Positions 34,812 to 44,868 of a DNA stretch of 60,393 bases are shown here, piece after piece. The position numbers and the translations under genes were made by a program. The notes below the pieces were generated by a model. It worked only from the letters and a program-made list of their open reading frames with translations, made no database searches and had not been told where the DNA came from. The DNA is from a virus (lineage: Duplodnaviria; Caudoviricetes), in IMG/VR virus record IMGVR_UViG_3300031164_000001, positions 1-60,393 of that record; one strand, given 5' to 3'. The first letter of the stretch is position 1; the number at the start of each line of letters is the position of its first letter.

Positions 34812-37321
34812 TTGACATGCTCGAAGCGTCACAAGTCTTGCTGTCAGCCGGGTTGAGCGTCATCCGAGTGTCCACAAACGGCACAAAGGCTCCGGACGTC
34901 GGCCCGGCCACGGGTTACAAGTGGGCTCCTTACTGGGATCAACCGGCCACAGTGGATCAACTGACCGAGTGGTTCGGTGACGGACACCCGGGCATCGGCA
35001 TCATCACCGGTACCATCTCCGGCAACCTCGAAATGCTCGAATTCGAAGGCCGGGCCGTAGCCGAGGATGTCCACGCGGGATTCTTTGCCGCGCTCGAAGA
35101 GGCCGGGGCAACCGAGCTATTGCAACGCATCATGAATGGCTATTTGGAGTCAAGCCCCTCGGGTGGCCTCCACCTCTTCTATCGCATCGATGGAACCGTT
35201 GACGGCAACACGAAATTAGCCGAACGGCCCGCCACCGATGCGGAGTTGACCGAGGAAGAGCAAGAAACCCTGTCCACAAAGGGCAAGCGCGCCATGCGCA
35301 CACTCATCGAAACCCGAGGAGAGCACGGGTTTGTCGTCGTCGCGCCGTCACACGGTCCGGTGCATCTCAGCGGCCGTGCATGGCAAATCGTCGCGGGTTC
35401 CGTTGGCACCATCGCCCATGTGACCGAGGACGAACGCGATCTCATCCATGCATGCGCACGGTCATTCGACCAGACTCCTTTACCTGAACCGATTCCCGAT
35501 GAACACCCGCGTGATCCCACCATGCATGAGGGGGACAAGACACCCGGCGAGGATTTCAACGACCGTGCGACGTGGGCAGAGACCTTGCAGCCGCACGGGT
35601 GGACTCTCAAGCGGGACACGGGAATCCGGGCCTTCTGGTGTCGGCCGGGCAAGCGGGAGGGCAACTCAGCGGTCACCGGCGGCGAGCAAGGCGATTACTT
35701 CTATTGCTGGACAACGTCAACCGAGCTACCTGCCGAAACAACCATGTCCAAATGGCGCGTCTTCGCCTATCTCGAACATGGGGGGGATTTCAAGGCGGCG
35801 GCATCCGCGTTGCGACGTAAGGGATTCGGCTCGCCGCGCCGCGAACCTGAACGGCCCGCCGACGAGTGGGATTTCCTGCCCAGCAAGAACGGTTCTGGAC
35901 CTCCCGAAAGGACACTGGCGGTGGTGGCCGAGCCGATGATGATGACCTACGTCCGGTCCGACGACGGCAATGCGCAAACGCTCATTGAGCAATACGGCCA
36001 CGTCATCAGGTTCTGTCCCGAACGCGGGCGATGGCTTGCGTGGCAAGGAAAGCGCTGGGAGTGGTCGGAAGGTTCAAACGGAGGGCTAGTGCGCGAGTAC
36101 GCAAAACGGATCGGGCGGTCCCTGCCGGACAGTGACGCGGAAGCAAAGAAGCACAAGCGATACACGTTATCAGCTATGGGAACGACGTCCATGCTCGTAC
36201 AAGCGGCAACGGACTACCGCGTGGCAATCCGACTGTCCAACCTCGACGCCCGGCCGTTGGAACTGAATACGCCCGGTGGAATCGTTGACCTCGTGACCGG
36301 CCTGCTCCGGCCCCACGACCCCACGGCACTGCATACCCGCATTGCGGCGTGTACGCCCGACTACGGGGCCAATGGGGGCCGCTGGGACACCTTTCTGCAC
36401 GAGACCTTCGCCGGGCATGAGGAACTGATCCCCTACATTCAACGCCTCGCCGGATATTCGGCGTCCGGCATCGTCAGTGAGCACGTGCTGCCCTTCGCCT
36501 ACGGTCCGACCGGTCGCAACGGGAAAGGCGTATTCCTGGAAACGATCCGGGCGATACTCGGCGACTACGGCACGGTAGCACCGAACAGTTTCCTTATGGC
36601 ACAGCAATTCAGCAAGCACGAAGCGGAAATTGCCGAGCTGGTCGGTACGCGTATGGTGCTCTGCTCGGAAGTCAACGTATCGGACAAGTTCGACGAAGCA
36701 AAGGTCAAACTGCTCACGGGCGGCGACACGCTCAAAGCGAGATTCATGCGTGAAAGCCACTTCTCATTCAAGCCGACGCACAAGCTCTGGCTAATGGGCA
36801 ATGATCAACCCACCGTGACGGCGGGCGGACAAGCCTTTTGGGAACGTCTGCGCATCATCCCATTCGACAACACCGTTGAACGAGAACGCCGGATTATGGG
36901 GCTGCAAGACATCTTCGCCCGTGACCACGGCCCAGCGATCCTAGCATGGGTAATCATCGGCGCCGTCGCCTATTTCAATGGCGGACTGTCCGAACCGGAC
37001 TCTGTGCGCGCGGCCACCACCGGTTATGCCTACGCGCAAGACTCGGTGTCACAGTGGATGGACGAATGCGTACAGATCTCGTCATCGGCGGATGTCAAGC
37101 TGAATACGGCCATCGCAAGGGGCAATTATGAACAGTGGTGCAAGCTCGAAGGGGAAACGCCGGTCTCCGCGAAACGCTTTGGAATGATCTTGAAGGGTCA
37201 CCCCGGAATCGGCTACACGAGGTCCGGCGGAGCACGCTTTTACGTCGGGCTGAGCCTCGCCGGAGAGGCTGGGACCGATCGGTCACGTTGGACCGGCGAG
37301 CAAGGACAGCTCGGTGAATAG
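34808..37321 (+). CDS. Bifunctional primase-polymerase / P4-family D5 SF3 helicase
   Basis: N-terminal Prim-Pol ('SPSGGLHLFYR', 'ETRGEHGFVVVAPS'); D5_N 'DDGNA'; Walker A 'GPTGRNGKG'; 'KLLTGGD.L.ARFM'. Confidence 0.92.
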   Translation: MIDMLEASQVLLSAGLSVIRVSTNGTKAPDVGPATGYKWAPYWDQPATVDQLTEWFGDGHPGIGIITGTISGNLEMLEFEGRAVAEDVHAGFFAALEEAGATELLQRIMNGYLESSPSGGLHLFYRIDGTVDGNTKLAERPATDAELTEEEQETLSTKGKRAMRTLIETRGEHGFVVVAPSHGPVHLSGRAWQIVAGSVGTIAHVTEDERDLIHACARSFDQTPLPEPIPDEHPRDPTMHEGDKTPGEDFNDRATWAETLQPHGWTLKRDTGIRAFWCRPGKREGNSAVTGGEQGDYFYCWTTSTELPAETTMSKWRVFAYLEHGGDFKAAASALRRKGFGSPRREPERPADEWDFLPSKNGSGPPERTLAVVAEPMMMTYVRSDDGNAQTLIEQYGHVIRFCPERGRWLAWQGKRWEWSEGSNGGLVREYAKRIGRSLPDSDAEAKKHKRYTLSAMGTTSMLVQAATDYRVAIRLSNLDARPLELNTPGGIVDLVTGLLRPHDPTALHTRIAACTPDYGANGGRWDTFLHETFAGHEELIPYIQRLAGYSASGIVSEHVLPFAYGPTGRNGKGVFLETIRAILGDYGTVAPNSFLMAQQFSKHEAEIAELVGTRMVLCSEVNVSDKFDEAKVKLLTGGDTLKARFMRESHFSFKPTHKLWLMGNDQPTVTAGGQAFWERLRIIPFDNTVERERRIMGLQDIFARDHGPAILAWVIIGAVAYFNGGLSEPDSVRAATTGYAYAQDSVSQWMDECVQISSSADVKLNTAIARGNYEQWCKLEGETPVSAKRFGMILKGHPGIGYTRSGGARFYVGLSLAGEAGTDRSRWTGEQGQLGE

Positions 37322-37614
37322 CGGTGACCGGTCCCGCTGGGTGACAGGTCGTATGACAGGTCTCAAACGGTACCAGTCCCGAATCGGAGTGACCGGAGTG
37401 ACCGATTGCCCAGCGTTCGGCCCTACGCGTGCGCGCGCGATGGGCTCTTTCAAAGAATCGGTCACTCCGGTCACTCTCTTCTACCTTCCAAGATCTTTAA
37501 GTGACTGAAGTGACACATTTTCTCTACTGTTCAGCTCCAAACACACACATACACACATACGCACAATGGCGCTCAACCAGTGAATCGGTCCGGTCACGTC
37601 ACGCTTTGATCTTG
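37322..37614. other. Putative replication origin
   Basis: Dense GTGAC/GTCAC iterons, a perfect 21-bp inverted repeat (37387-407/37456-476) and a CA-rich tract, directly after the primase-helicase. Confidence 0.7.
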
Positions 37615-37630
37615 TAAAACGGTTAAGGAA

Positions 37631-38098
37631 GTGATCTTGATGGGAGTCGAGCACTTGATCTCCAGACGGCCGCGCTGCCGGAACTGCGAGAAGTGCGGAC
37701 GCCTACAGCTACTCGGCATCGATGAGGGAATACCGTTTCGCGTAGAACCATTGCCGTTGACCGTTCAGGCGGAAATAAAGGCCATCATCGGCGGGCGGAT
37801 CACCTATGGCGCTCACGTTGGCTACGTCTGCTACCGCGATGCGGGGCGAATGAGCTTAGACGTGAAATGGGGCCGACCACCGGTGTTCGCCACGCATAAA
37901 TGTCACCTCCCGGCGACGGCCGATGACATCGATCCTCGGGGGGTGGATGCCACGATGGCATTCATCGCAAAAGTCATTGCCGAACAGGAACACCGCGATG
38001 ATCCAGTGGAAACGGAGAAGGAAGTAGAAGCGCTGTTCACGATCTCGGATCTTCTCGCGGGCCGGGTGGTGGCCGAGGTTGAACCGGCCCCATTTTGA
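37631..38098 (+). CDS. Hypothetical protein (CxxC)
   Basis: AAGGAAG RBS. Confidence 0.55.
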   Translation: MILMGVEHLISRRPRCRNCEKCGRLQLLGIDEGIPFRVEPLPLTVQAEIKAIIGGRITYGAHVGYVCYRDAGRMSLDVKWGRPPVFATHKCHLPATADDIDPRGVDATMAFIAKVIAEQEHRDDPVETEKEVEALFTISDLLAGRVVAEVEPAPF

Positions 38099-38168
38099 TC
38101 ATTCCCCAGGAGTGACGGAGACAAGATCAACAGCCAAACAGGTGTAACCACCTTCGGAAGGTGTGATC

Positions 38169-38681
38169 ATGGCTCAGGAGAGGCACCAGACGTGCAAGGA
38201 CTGCAAAGCGGAGGGAGTGGCTACCGCCCGGCCCGCTCCACACCCCGGACCGCGCTGCGTGACGCACTGGCGGGCCGTCAAGCTCGCCCGGCGAGAAAAG
38301 GCGCACGAACGACACGTTCAGAGCACATACGATTTACTGGCCGGTGAATATGATCGAATGTATGCGGCGCAAGGCGGACTGTGCGCGATATGCGGCCCCC
38401 GAACCGGCCATAGTGGAAAGACTCGGCGATTGGTCGTCGACCACGATCACAAGACAGGAGAAGTGCGTGGATTGCTCTGCCAGATCTGTAACGACATTCT
38501 AGGCCGATGGCGAGACGATCCGGACACATTTATTCGAGGATACAACTACTTAGCGATTCCTCCGGCAAGGGCGGTGCTTCATGACGCAAGAGCGACGAAC
38601 ACGGGCAATGGATCGAACGGGCAAGCCATTGAACCGCGAACTATCGGATCGATCCAAGCTTCGGATTCGTATGGGCAATGA
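38169..38681 (+). CDS. Endonuclease VII (Holliday junction resolvase-like)
   Basis: 'QGGLCAIC...LVVDHDHKTGEVRGLLCQICN..LG'. Confidence 0.9.
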   Translation: MAQERHQTCKDCKAEGVATARPAPHPGPRCVTHWRAVKLARREKAHERHVQSTYDLLAGEYDRMYAAQGGLCAICGPRTGHSGKTRRLVVDHDHKTGEVRGLLCQICNDILGRWRDDPDTFIRGYNYLAIPPARAVLHDARATNTGNGSNGQAIEPRTIGSIQASDSYGQ

Positions 38682-39630
38682 GGAATATGGAAAAGACGAG
38701 CAGCGGCGAGCCATACGGTATGTCGCCTCTCGAATGGGCAGTGCGGAGGAACTGGCGGAAATGCTCGATATCCTCGGTTTGGATGCGACCAATGGGAAGT
38801 AAGGTCGGTGATCGAGTTTATGTCTATTACGATCCAGACATGATCACTGGCACCGTGCTAGAGATCGATGAAAGAAGCACCCTGGTCCTCTGGGATGGAC
38901 CCGAGAAGATCCGACTGTGGTGCAGAGAGTGTGATCTTAAGGTGAAAACTGATGGGCAGTGAATGGTGTGCGGTTCATAATCGGTATGAGCCGTTGACAG
39001 ACACAACGTACAAAGTGTGCGGCGAATGTTGGCATGCGTGGCAGACACCTAAAGACTTCTATCGTGACTGCAAGAAACAAATGGACTGGTTGAACGAAGC
39101 GCGGGAGAAGTGGGGCGGCAATGACGAATGGACATTCGAACAAGTGCGAGATTCCGGAATCTGCCCGCTGTGTACGCACGATTTCTGAACATTACTATGG
39201 CGATTCTTGCCCCGGCCATCACCTTGACTTTATCCACCTGGTTGAGCCACGGGTGATTGAGGACGACGAAGAACCCATGAGCAAAGCGCAAAAGCTTCGG
39301 CTTGCGGACACGTATCCCGATATTCTTTTGCCCAAGCGAACAGTTGGAAAAGTCTACCGCGAAAAAGTAGAGGCATTCGAATCGTATAACTCTGAAACAT
39401 GGGATCCCGAGGAAGAAGGCCCATAATGCAGGCTCAATTATGTTGTTTGGGCATTGACGATGGACGAACGCTCAATGTGGCCGACCCCGCGCCGAATATC
39501 CTTCGTGTGCCCCGAACCGTGACGCCCACACTGGAAGGGGCAAAGGAATCTGACATTGAAATGCCGTATGACGAATATGAGCGTGATGGGACAACCGCGA
39601 ACGGCCTGGTGCGCTATGTGAGGGTTAAGC

Positions 39631-40284
39631 ATGACTAGTACATTGGAAATGCGTAATCGGTCTCGCCTAAAGGATGATGTACGAGCGGCTATTGCCGTAA
39701 TCATCGAACAGCAAACCTATGTTCAATATGACGATGGAGATCATCGAATTCTCGGTGTTCACAAAGGACCGTCCTTATTGCGCCAGCTCGACACGGCGAA
39801 ACGGGCCGGGCTCGAACGCGTTGGCGGGCATAGCCCACTGGCTAGCCTTTCCCCGCTGTGTGTTGCGGCATGGGATTTATACGAGGAGATCGACGCTGAA
39901 TGGCGCTCTCCCGGCTTGACGCTTGAGCAAAGCTTTCGCTCATTGCCGCTTGATCAGGCCGATTCGGCGATTCTGCATAAGTTGATCACAGGACTTCGTC
40001 ATATCGACAGTGCTATTAGGACGTTGCTCTATCCACCCCGTCGATTGCATCTAGCCGTTGCGTGCCCTGCCTGCAATGAGCGCACAGCGTTTCTGCCTGA
40101 TGAAACGGGGGAACTGGTGCAGCGTGCTGCCCTCACAGTGGATGGCATCGTGGGGTGCACATGCTTGGCATGTGGTGAGGTGTGGCCACTTGAGCGCCTT
40201 GAATTCTTAGCTAACGTTCTCGGATGTGATAGCGTGGCCAGTGCTTACCACAGTCATGCCCAAATGGGACCGGACCCCTGTTAA
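39631..40284 (+). CDS. Zn-ribbon protein before the packaging genes
   Basis: 'ACPAC...CLACGEVW....EFLA..LG'. Confidence 0.6.
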   Translation: MTSTLEMRNRSRLKDDVRAAIAVIIEQQTYVQYDDGDHRILGVHKGPSLLRQLDTAKRAGLERVGGHSPLASLSPLCVAAWDLYEEIDAEWRSPGLTLEQSFRSLPLDQADSAILHKLITGLRHIDSAIRTLLYPPRRLHLAVACPACNERTAFLPDETGELVQRAALTVDGIVGCTCLACGEVWPLERLEFLANVLGCDSVASAYHSHAQMGPDPC

Positions 40285-40347
40285 TAGGGGGGCTCACATA
40301 CATGGCCCATATAGCAATGGCACATAGGCAACGGTGGCCATACTGGA

Positions 40348-40662
40348 GTGGGTGAGGCCATGACCACTAGGCCATGCCTGGTATGCCATAGGCTCACTAC
40401 CAATGGATCACATTGTCCATCGTGCGCAGAGCGCAGGGCCACGAAGAAGCAAGCAGCATATGGTGCACAGCATAAGGCCATACGTGCACGCATGATCAAG
40501 GATGCTACCCACTGTGCCACATGCCATCGTGCATTCCTCATAGGACAGACACGCACGCTCGGTCACGTGCTGGCAGTGCGGCATGGTGGCCAGAGCATAG
40601 AGACTAACTACATAGTGCAATGCACATCATGCAACTATGCCTGGAATAAAAGAAATAAATAA
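40348..40662 (+). CDS. Packaging-associated HNH endonuclease
   Basis: 'RPCLVC..L....S.CPSC', 'CATC...GHV...GG...N....C.SCN'; adjacent to terS. Confidence 0.75.
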   Translation: MGEAMTTRPCLVCHRLTTNGSHCPSCAERRATKKQAAYGAQHKAIRARMIKDATHCATCHRAFLIGQTRTLGHVLAVRHGGQSIETNYIVQCTSCNYAWNKRNK

Positions 40663-40889
40663 AATAAACATTAAATAAATAAAGATCAACAACGTCGCCG
40701 GCTGATGATCAGAAGTCGATCACCCATGATCGAACTTGAATCGTCCACATGGGACTCCTCTGGGGTGGGTAGGGGGGGTATACCCGATCGAAGATCACCA
40801 GTGATCGTCTTCAGGACCCGAGCCCCTCGCTTGTCTCCCTGGTACCACGTTGGCCATGGTCAAGTTGATCTTTGCCGAAAGGGGGCCGT

Positions 40890-41399
40890 ATGCCCCGGAC
40901 GAAGAAACCGGCTGGTCAAGCGGTTGACCCTCGTAATGGGCGAACGGCTGAATTAACTACGCACGAACGCGATTCAATGCCCATGCTACCGCGCGGTTTA
41001 AAGCGTAAGGGTTCGCGTGAATTGTGGCATGCCTATTGGTCCGACGTGATTAGCGGGTTGGTCCATGAATCCGAAACAATGATCGTCGAGCGATGGATTC
41101 GGAATGTCGACCGATACAACGGTCTCATGGATCGCGCCGACCGCTCACCTGTTCTGTACATGAAGGACGATGAGGGCGAAGTGGTTCGAGTGACAAAGCA
41201 TCCGTCATTCGAAATGGCAATGAAGCTCGAAGTGTCCATTAGGGCTGACGAGGCGCAAATTGGTTACGGCCCAAAGAATCGTGCCGCCCTCGGAATTGCC
41301 GTTGTACAGCAGCAAAGTTCATTGGCCGAGATGAACAAGCGTTACGGCGCAACAAGTTTCGAGGACCAGCCCGACCCGCGAATGACGAAGGAACAATAA
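40890..41399 (+). CDS. terS: Terminase small subunit
   Basis: 'ELWHAYW...HPS...E.QIG.GP..RA.LG' pattern and position. Confidence 0.7.
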   Translation: MPRTKKPAGQAVDPRNGRTAELTTHERDSMPMLPRGLKRKGSRELWHAYWSDVISGLVHESETMIVERWIRNVDRYNGLMDRADRSPVLYMKDDEGEVVRVTKHPSFEMAMKLEVSIRADEAQIGYGPKNRAALGIAVVQQQSSLAEMNKRYGATSFEDQPDPRMTKEQ

Positions 41400-41401
41400 C
41401 C

Positions 41402-41710
41402 ATGGTTGCTGTTTTGGCCGATGCCGCCGTGCTCGCGGTCGATCCCTTGTGGATTGCTCGTATTCAGGCGGCAGTAGTGCGCGTTTCATTGTTGCAGGCC
41501 AATGCAATTCTCAACATGCCTGATCCCAATCACAATGACAAGCTACGCTTGAAGCTGTACAACGATGTTGTGCGTGATCCGGATACCTACGGTCCGATGT
41601 TCGCGTGGACCATGGCAGCGTACCCGTTTGTCGTATCGACAAATAGCGACGATGAAATCGCTACATTCGTCGCTACATTCGTCGACATCTTTGCGCGCAT
41701 CACGATCTAA
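41402..41710 (+). CDS. Hypothetical protein between terS and terL
   Basis: AAGGA RBS. Confidence 0.55.
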   Translation: MVAVLADAAVLAVDPLWIARIQAAVVRVSLLQANAILNMPDPNHNDKLRLKLYNDVVRDPDTYGPMFAWTMAAYPFVVSTNSDDEIATFVATFVDIFARITI

Positions 41711-41726
41711 AGAGGACGGTTGCCTT

Positions 41727-43322
41727 ATGGCCGAGCAGCCGTGTCCGGGGTGCGGGTGGGAGCCAGCACCAGGGAAACTCTGGCCGACCGAGGGACCGAA
41801 CGGCGTCCGCTGGATCGAAGAGAACTTGATCCTTGGCGAGGGCGATAGCTACGGTGAACCGTTCCTACTGCGGACGGATCAAAAGCTCTTCCTATACCGG
41901 TGGCTTGAGTACTGTCCACAGTGCGACCAATGGCACTACGACGAAGGCGTACGGGGCGCGGCAACCGGCGATGGCAAAACCCAATTCGTCGCCGCTGTCG
42001 TAGCCCTCGAATTCGCCGGGCCGACGCAGTACCGCGATGCTGACGGACACGTACACGGCATCGCTCCGGAGTCTCCCAATATCCCTATTGCGGCGGCCAG
42101 CTTTGAGCAGGCAGACCTTTTGTACGGTGCACTGGCAACGATGCTCGGCGGCCGGGACAACGTCGTACGGAAAGCCCCATTGTGCGGCTACTTCTCCGTG
42201 TACGACACGAAAGCAACGTTCAACGACAATAGGCCCGGCAAAGTTTATCGAGTTGCCGCCGTCGCCGGAACGAACGAGGGTGGCCTGCCCCATTTGTTCG
42301 TGCGAGACGAATTGCACGAGTGGGGAGACGAAGGTTCCACAAAGGCGCGTGTCGGTACGGTGATTGGCAAGTCCACCAGCAAGCGCAACACGCTGCGTGG
42401 ACCAGGCCGGGTACTTTCTCTGTCTACGGCCGGTTTCGACGTTGAGCATTCGCTACTCGGCTCCATCTATAAGCGTGGCCTGAAAGCGCGTAAGGATCCA
42501 TCGATCGCACCACGTCTACTGTTTGACTGGCAGGAAGCGCCGGACGGGCTCGACTACCACAATGCGCGCGACCGTGAGATAGCGGTACGGGCAGCGTCCG
42601 CAGCGGCTGACCGGCAATGGTCGGTAGCGGCCCGTGTGGACAGTTGGGGCAAGCCCGATTATCCGTCCCATGAATGGATTCGCTATTTTGCGAATAAGTG
42701 GGTTGACGTTGGCACCGACTCATGGTTGAAAGATCATCCGGCCGCGTGGACCGACTGCAAAGGACAGTGGCTTTCGGACAACGAGAATCCGTGGGTTCTG
42801 GTTGTTGACATGGCGCTACGCCACGACAGTGTGGCCGTTGACCGTGTGGAAATGCTGCCCGATGGTCGCATCGCCGTCACCGCGAAGATCTGGGACGCGA
42901 TCGACGGTAGGCAGCAGAAAATCAACCACGCGGAAGTGTGGGAATACATTCGGCAACATGCGGCGGGCATGGGCTTTCGGGGCGTGGTGTATGACCCGAG
43001 GTTCTTCGAACTACCGGCGCGAATGCTCGAAGACGATGGGATCTTGACCGTCCAATTTGATCAGAGCCCGGAGCGGATGTCTCCCGCATGTGGCGAAGCG
43101 TATAAGCGGATTCTTGACAAAACGATCGTCCACAATGGTGATACTGAGCTGACTTCGCATGTTCTGGCAGCAGCGGCTAAGCCCCAGGAACGTGGCGGGT
43201 TCACTCTCTCAAAAGGACGTTCCAAACGGCACATTGACGCGTGCGTCGCGATGTGTATGGGCATTTGGATTCTATTCAACGTTCCAGTGGAAGAGGTAAC
43301 CCCATGGGTCGACTACGTCTAG
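41727..43322 (+). CDS. terL: Terminase large subunit
   Basis: Walker A 'GAATGDGKT', 'AASFEQA', Walker B 'VRDELHEW', 'LSTAG', nuclease 'VDMA...D', 'HIDACVA'. Confidence 0.92.
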   Translation: MAEQPCPGCGWEPAPGKLWPTEGPNGVRWIEENLILGEGDSYGEPFLLRTDQKLFLYRWLEYCPQCDQWHYDEGVRGAATGDGKTQFVAAVVALEFAGPTQYRDADGHVHGIAPESPNIPIAAASFEQADLLYGALATMLGGRDNVVRKAPLCGYFSVYDTKATFNDNRPGKVYRVAAVAGTNEGGLPHLFVRDELHEWGDEGSTKARVGTVIGKSTSKRNTLRGPGRVLSLSTAGFDVEHSLLGSIYKRGLKARKDPSIAPRLLFDWQEAPDGLDYHNARDREIAVRAASAAADRQWSVAARVDSWGKPDYPSHEWIRYFANKWVDVGTDSWLKDHPAAWTDCKGQWLSDNENPWVLVVDMALRHDSVAVDRVEMLPDGRIAVTAKIWDAIDGRQQKINHAEVWEYIRQHAAGMGFRGVVYDPRFFELPARMLEDDGILTVQFDQSPERMSPACGEAYKRILDKTIVHNGDTELTSHVLAAAAKPQERGGFTLSKGRSKRHIDACVAMCMGIWILFNVPVEEVTPWVDYV

Positions 43323-43465
43323 CGTGGACGGCCCTTCTAGCTGGACTGGCGAGCAGTGTTGCGGGAACCTACTTGCTCGCCGGTCTGGCGTGGTCCTTTG
43401 TGGTGCTCGGCGCGGAATTAGTTTCACTCGGCATACTGATTGCGAATTTGGGGGATGACGAGTGA
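43304..43465 (+). CDS. Small membrane protein
   Basis: Two hydrophobic segments between terL and portal. Confidence 0.55.
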   Translation: MGRLRLAWTALLAGLASSVAGTYLLAGLAWSFVVLGAELVSLGILIANLGDDE

Positions 43466-44868
43466 AGAATCCCCTTAAAGCCCTAGGGTCTACTACGCGA
43501 AGCATCGGCACGATTGATGACTATATCGATGCGTTGAATCAGTTTGCGTACAACGGTTTTAGCTACGGTTTCGGCGGCTACGGTTCAGCTCAGCAGCAGA
43601 CACTCACGAGCGCTCCGGCTGAACCCATTCCTAACGACTTCGCTGCGTACGCATTGGCCTACCGCACAAATGGTGTGATCTTCGCGTGCATGGCTGTTCG
43701 CATGTCCGTGTTCTCATCGATCCGTTTGCAGTGGCAGCAACAAAATGTCGGCGGCAAACCGTCGAAGCTGTTTGGCACGGGCGCCCTGGAATTGTTCGAA
43801 AGTCCATGGGTGGGTGGGACCACACAGGACATGCTCGTGCGCATGATCCAGGATTCGGATCTCTGCGGGAATAGCTACTGGATTCGCGATGGCACGGACA
43901 TGGTCCGGCTACGTCCCGACTGGGTACAGATCATTCTTCAAGAACGCACTCTTGTGGACGGTTCCGTCATTGGATGGCGAAAGCTCGGCTACGCGTATTC
44001 CCATGGTGGCGTTTCGGCAGGCAATGAACCCGTGTTGCTGAACTTGAATGAGGTAGTTCACTTTGCTCCCTCGCCGGACCCGGAAGCGACATTCCGAGGA
44101 CAGTCTTGGATCTCTTCCATTATCCCTGAACTGCAGAACGATAAGCTCCTACAACGACACAAGTCCAAGTTCATCGAGAACGGCGCAACGCCGAATATGG
44201 TTGTGTCAATGGACAAGTCGGTTTCCTGGGATAACTTCCAAAAGTTCAAGGCCACAATGGAAAAAGATCATCGTGGACCAGCGAACGCGTATAAGACAAT
44301 GTACCTCGGGGCGGGCGCGGACGTAAAAGTCGTTGGCGCCGATATGAAGCAACTCAACTTTAAAGAGTTGCAAGGCCACGATGAAACGCGAATCGCTGCA
44401 GCCGCCGGAGTACCGCCGATTATCGTTGGGCTTTCAGAGGGCCTAGCTTCGGCAACTTATTCAAATTATGGACAGGCAAGGCGCCGGTTTGCTGACGCGA
44501 CAATGCATCCGCTATGGCAGAACCTTGCTGGTAGCTTGGCAATTCTCGTTGACCGGCCAGCGCCTCGAAACGGTGTGCGACTTTGGTATGACGCGCGCGA
44601 TGTGCCGTTCCTGCGGGAAGACGAAAAGGATGCGGCCGAAATCCAGGGTCGACGCGCTGACACCATTGCCCGGCTGATCGACGCTGGGCATGAACCGAAA
44701 AGTGTCGTGGCGGCGGTGGAAGCCAACGACTTCACGTTGCTCACGCACACTGGTCTCTACAGCGTCCAATTGCAGCCCCCTGGAACGGTCGCCAAGCCAC
44801 CAGAAACCCCCGCTCTACCAGCCGCACCAAAACCAAAGGCCATCGCGGCACCAGCCAAGGGAGCATGA
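43462..44868 (+). CDS. Portal protein (HK97 family)
   Basis: 'GNSY', 'LRPDWV', 'EVVHF', 'F.ENGATP', 'IAAAAGVPP..VG', 'TYSN'. Confidence 0.92.
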   Translation: MKNPLKALGSTTRSIGTIDDYIDALNQFAYNGFSYGFGGYGSAQQQTLTSAPAEPIPNDFAAYALAYRTNGVIFACMAVRMSVFSSIRLQWQQQNVGGKPSKLFGTGALELFESPWVGGTTQDMLVRMIQDSDLCGNSYWIRDGTDMVRLRPDWVQIILQERTLVDGSVIGWRKLGYAYSHGGVSAGNEPVLLNLNEVVHFAPSPDPEATFRGQSWISSIIPELQNDKLLQRHKSKFIENGATPNMVVSMDKSVSWDNFQKFKATMEKDHRGPANAYKTMYLGAGADVKVVGADMKQLNFKELQGHDETRIAAAAGVPPIIVGLSEGLASATYSNYGQARRRFADATMHPLWQNLAGSLAILVDRPAPRNGVRLWYDARDVPFLREDEKDAAEIQGRRADTIARLIDAGHEPKSVVAAVEANDFTLLTHTGLYSVQLQPPGTVAKPPETPALPAAPKPKAIAAPAKGA

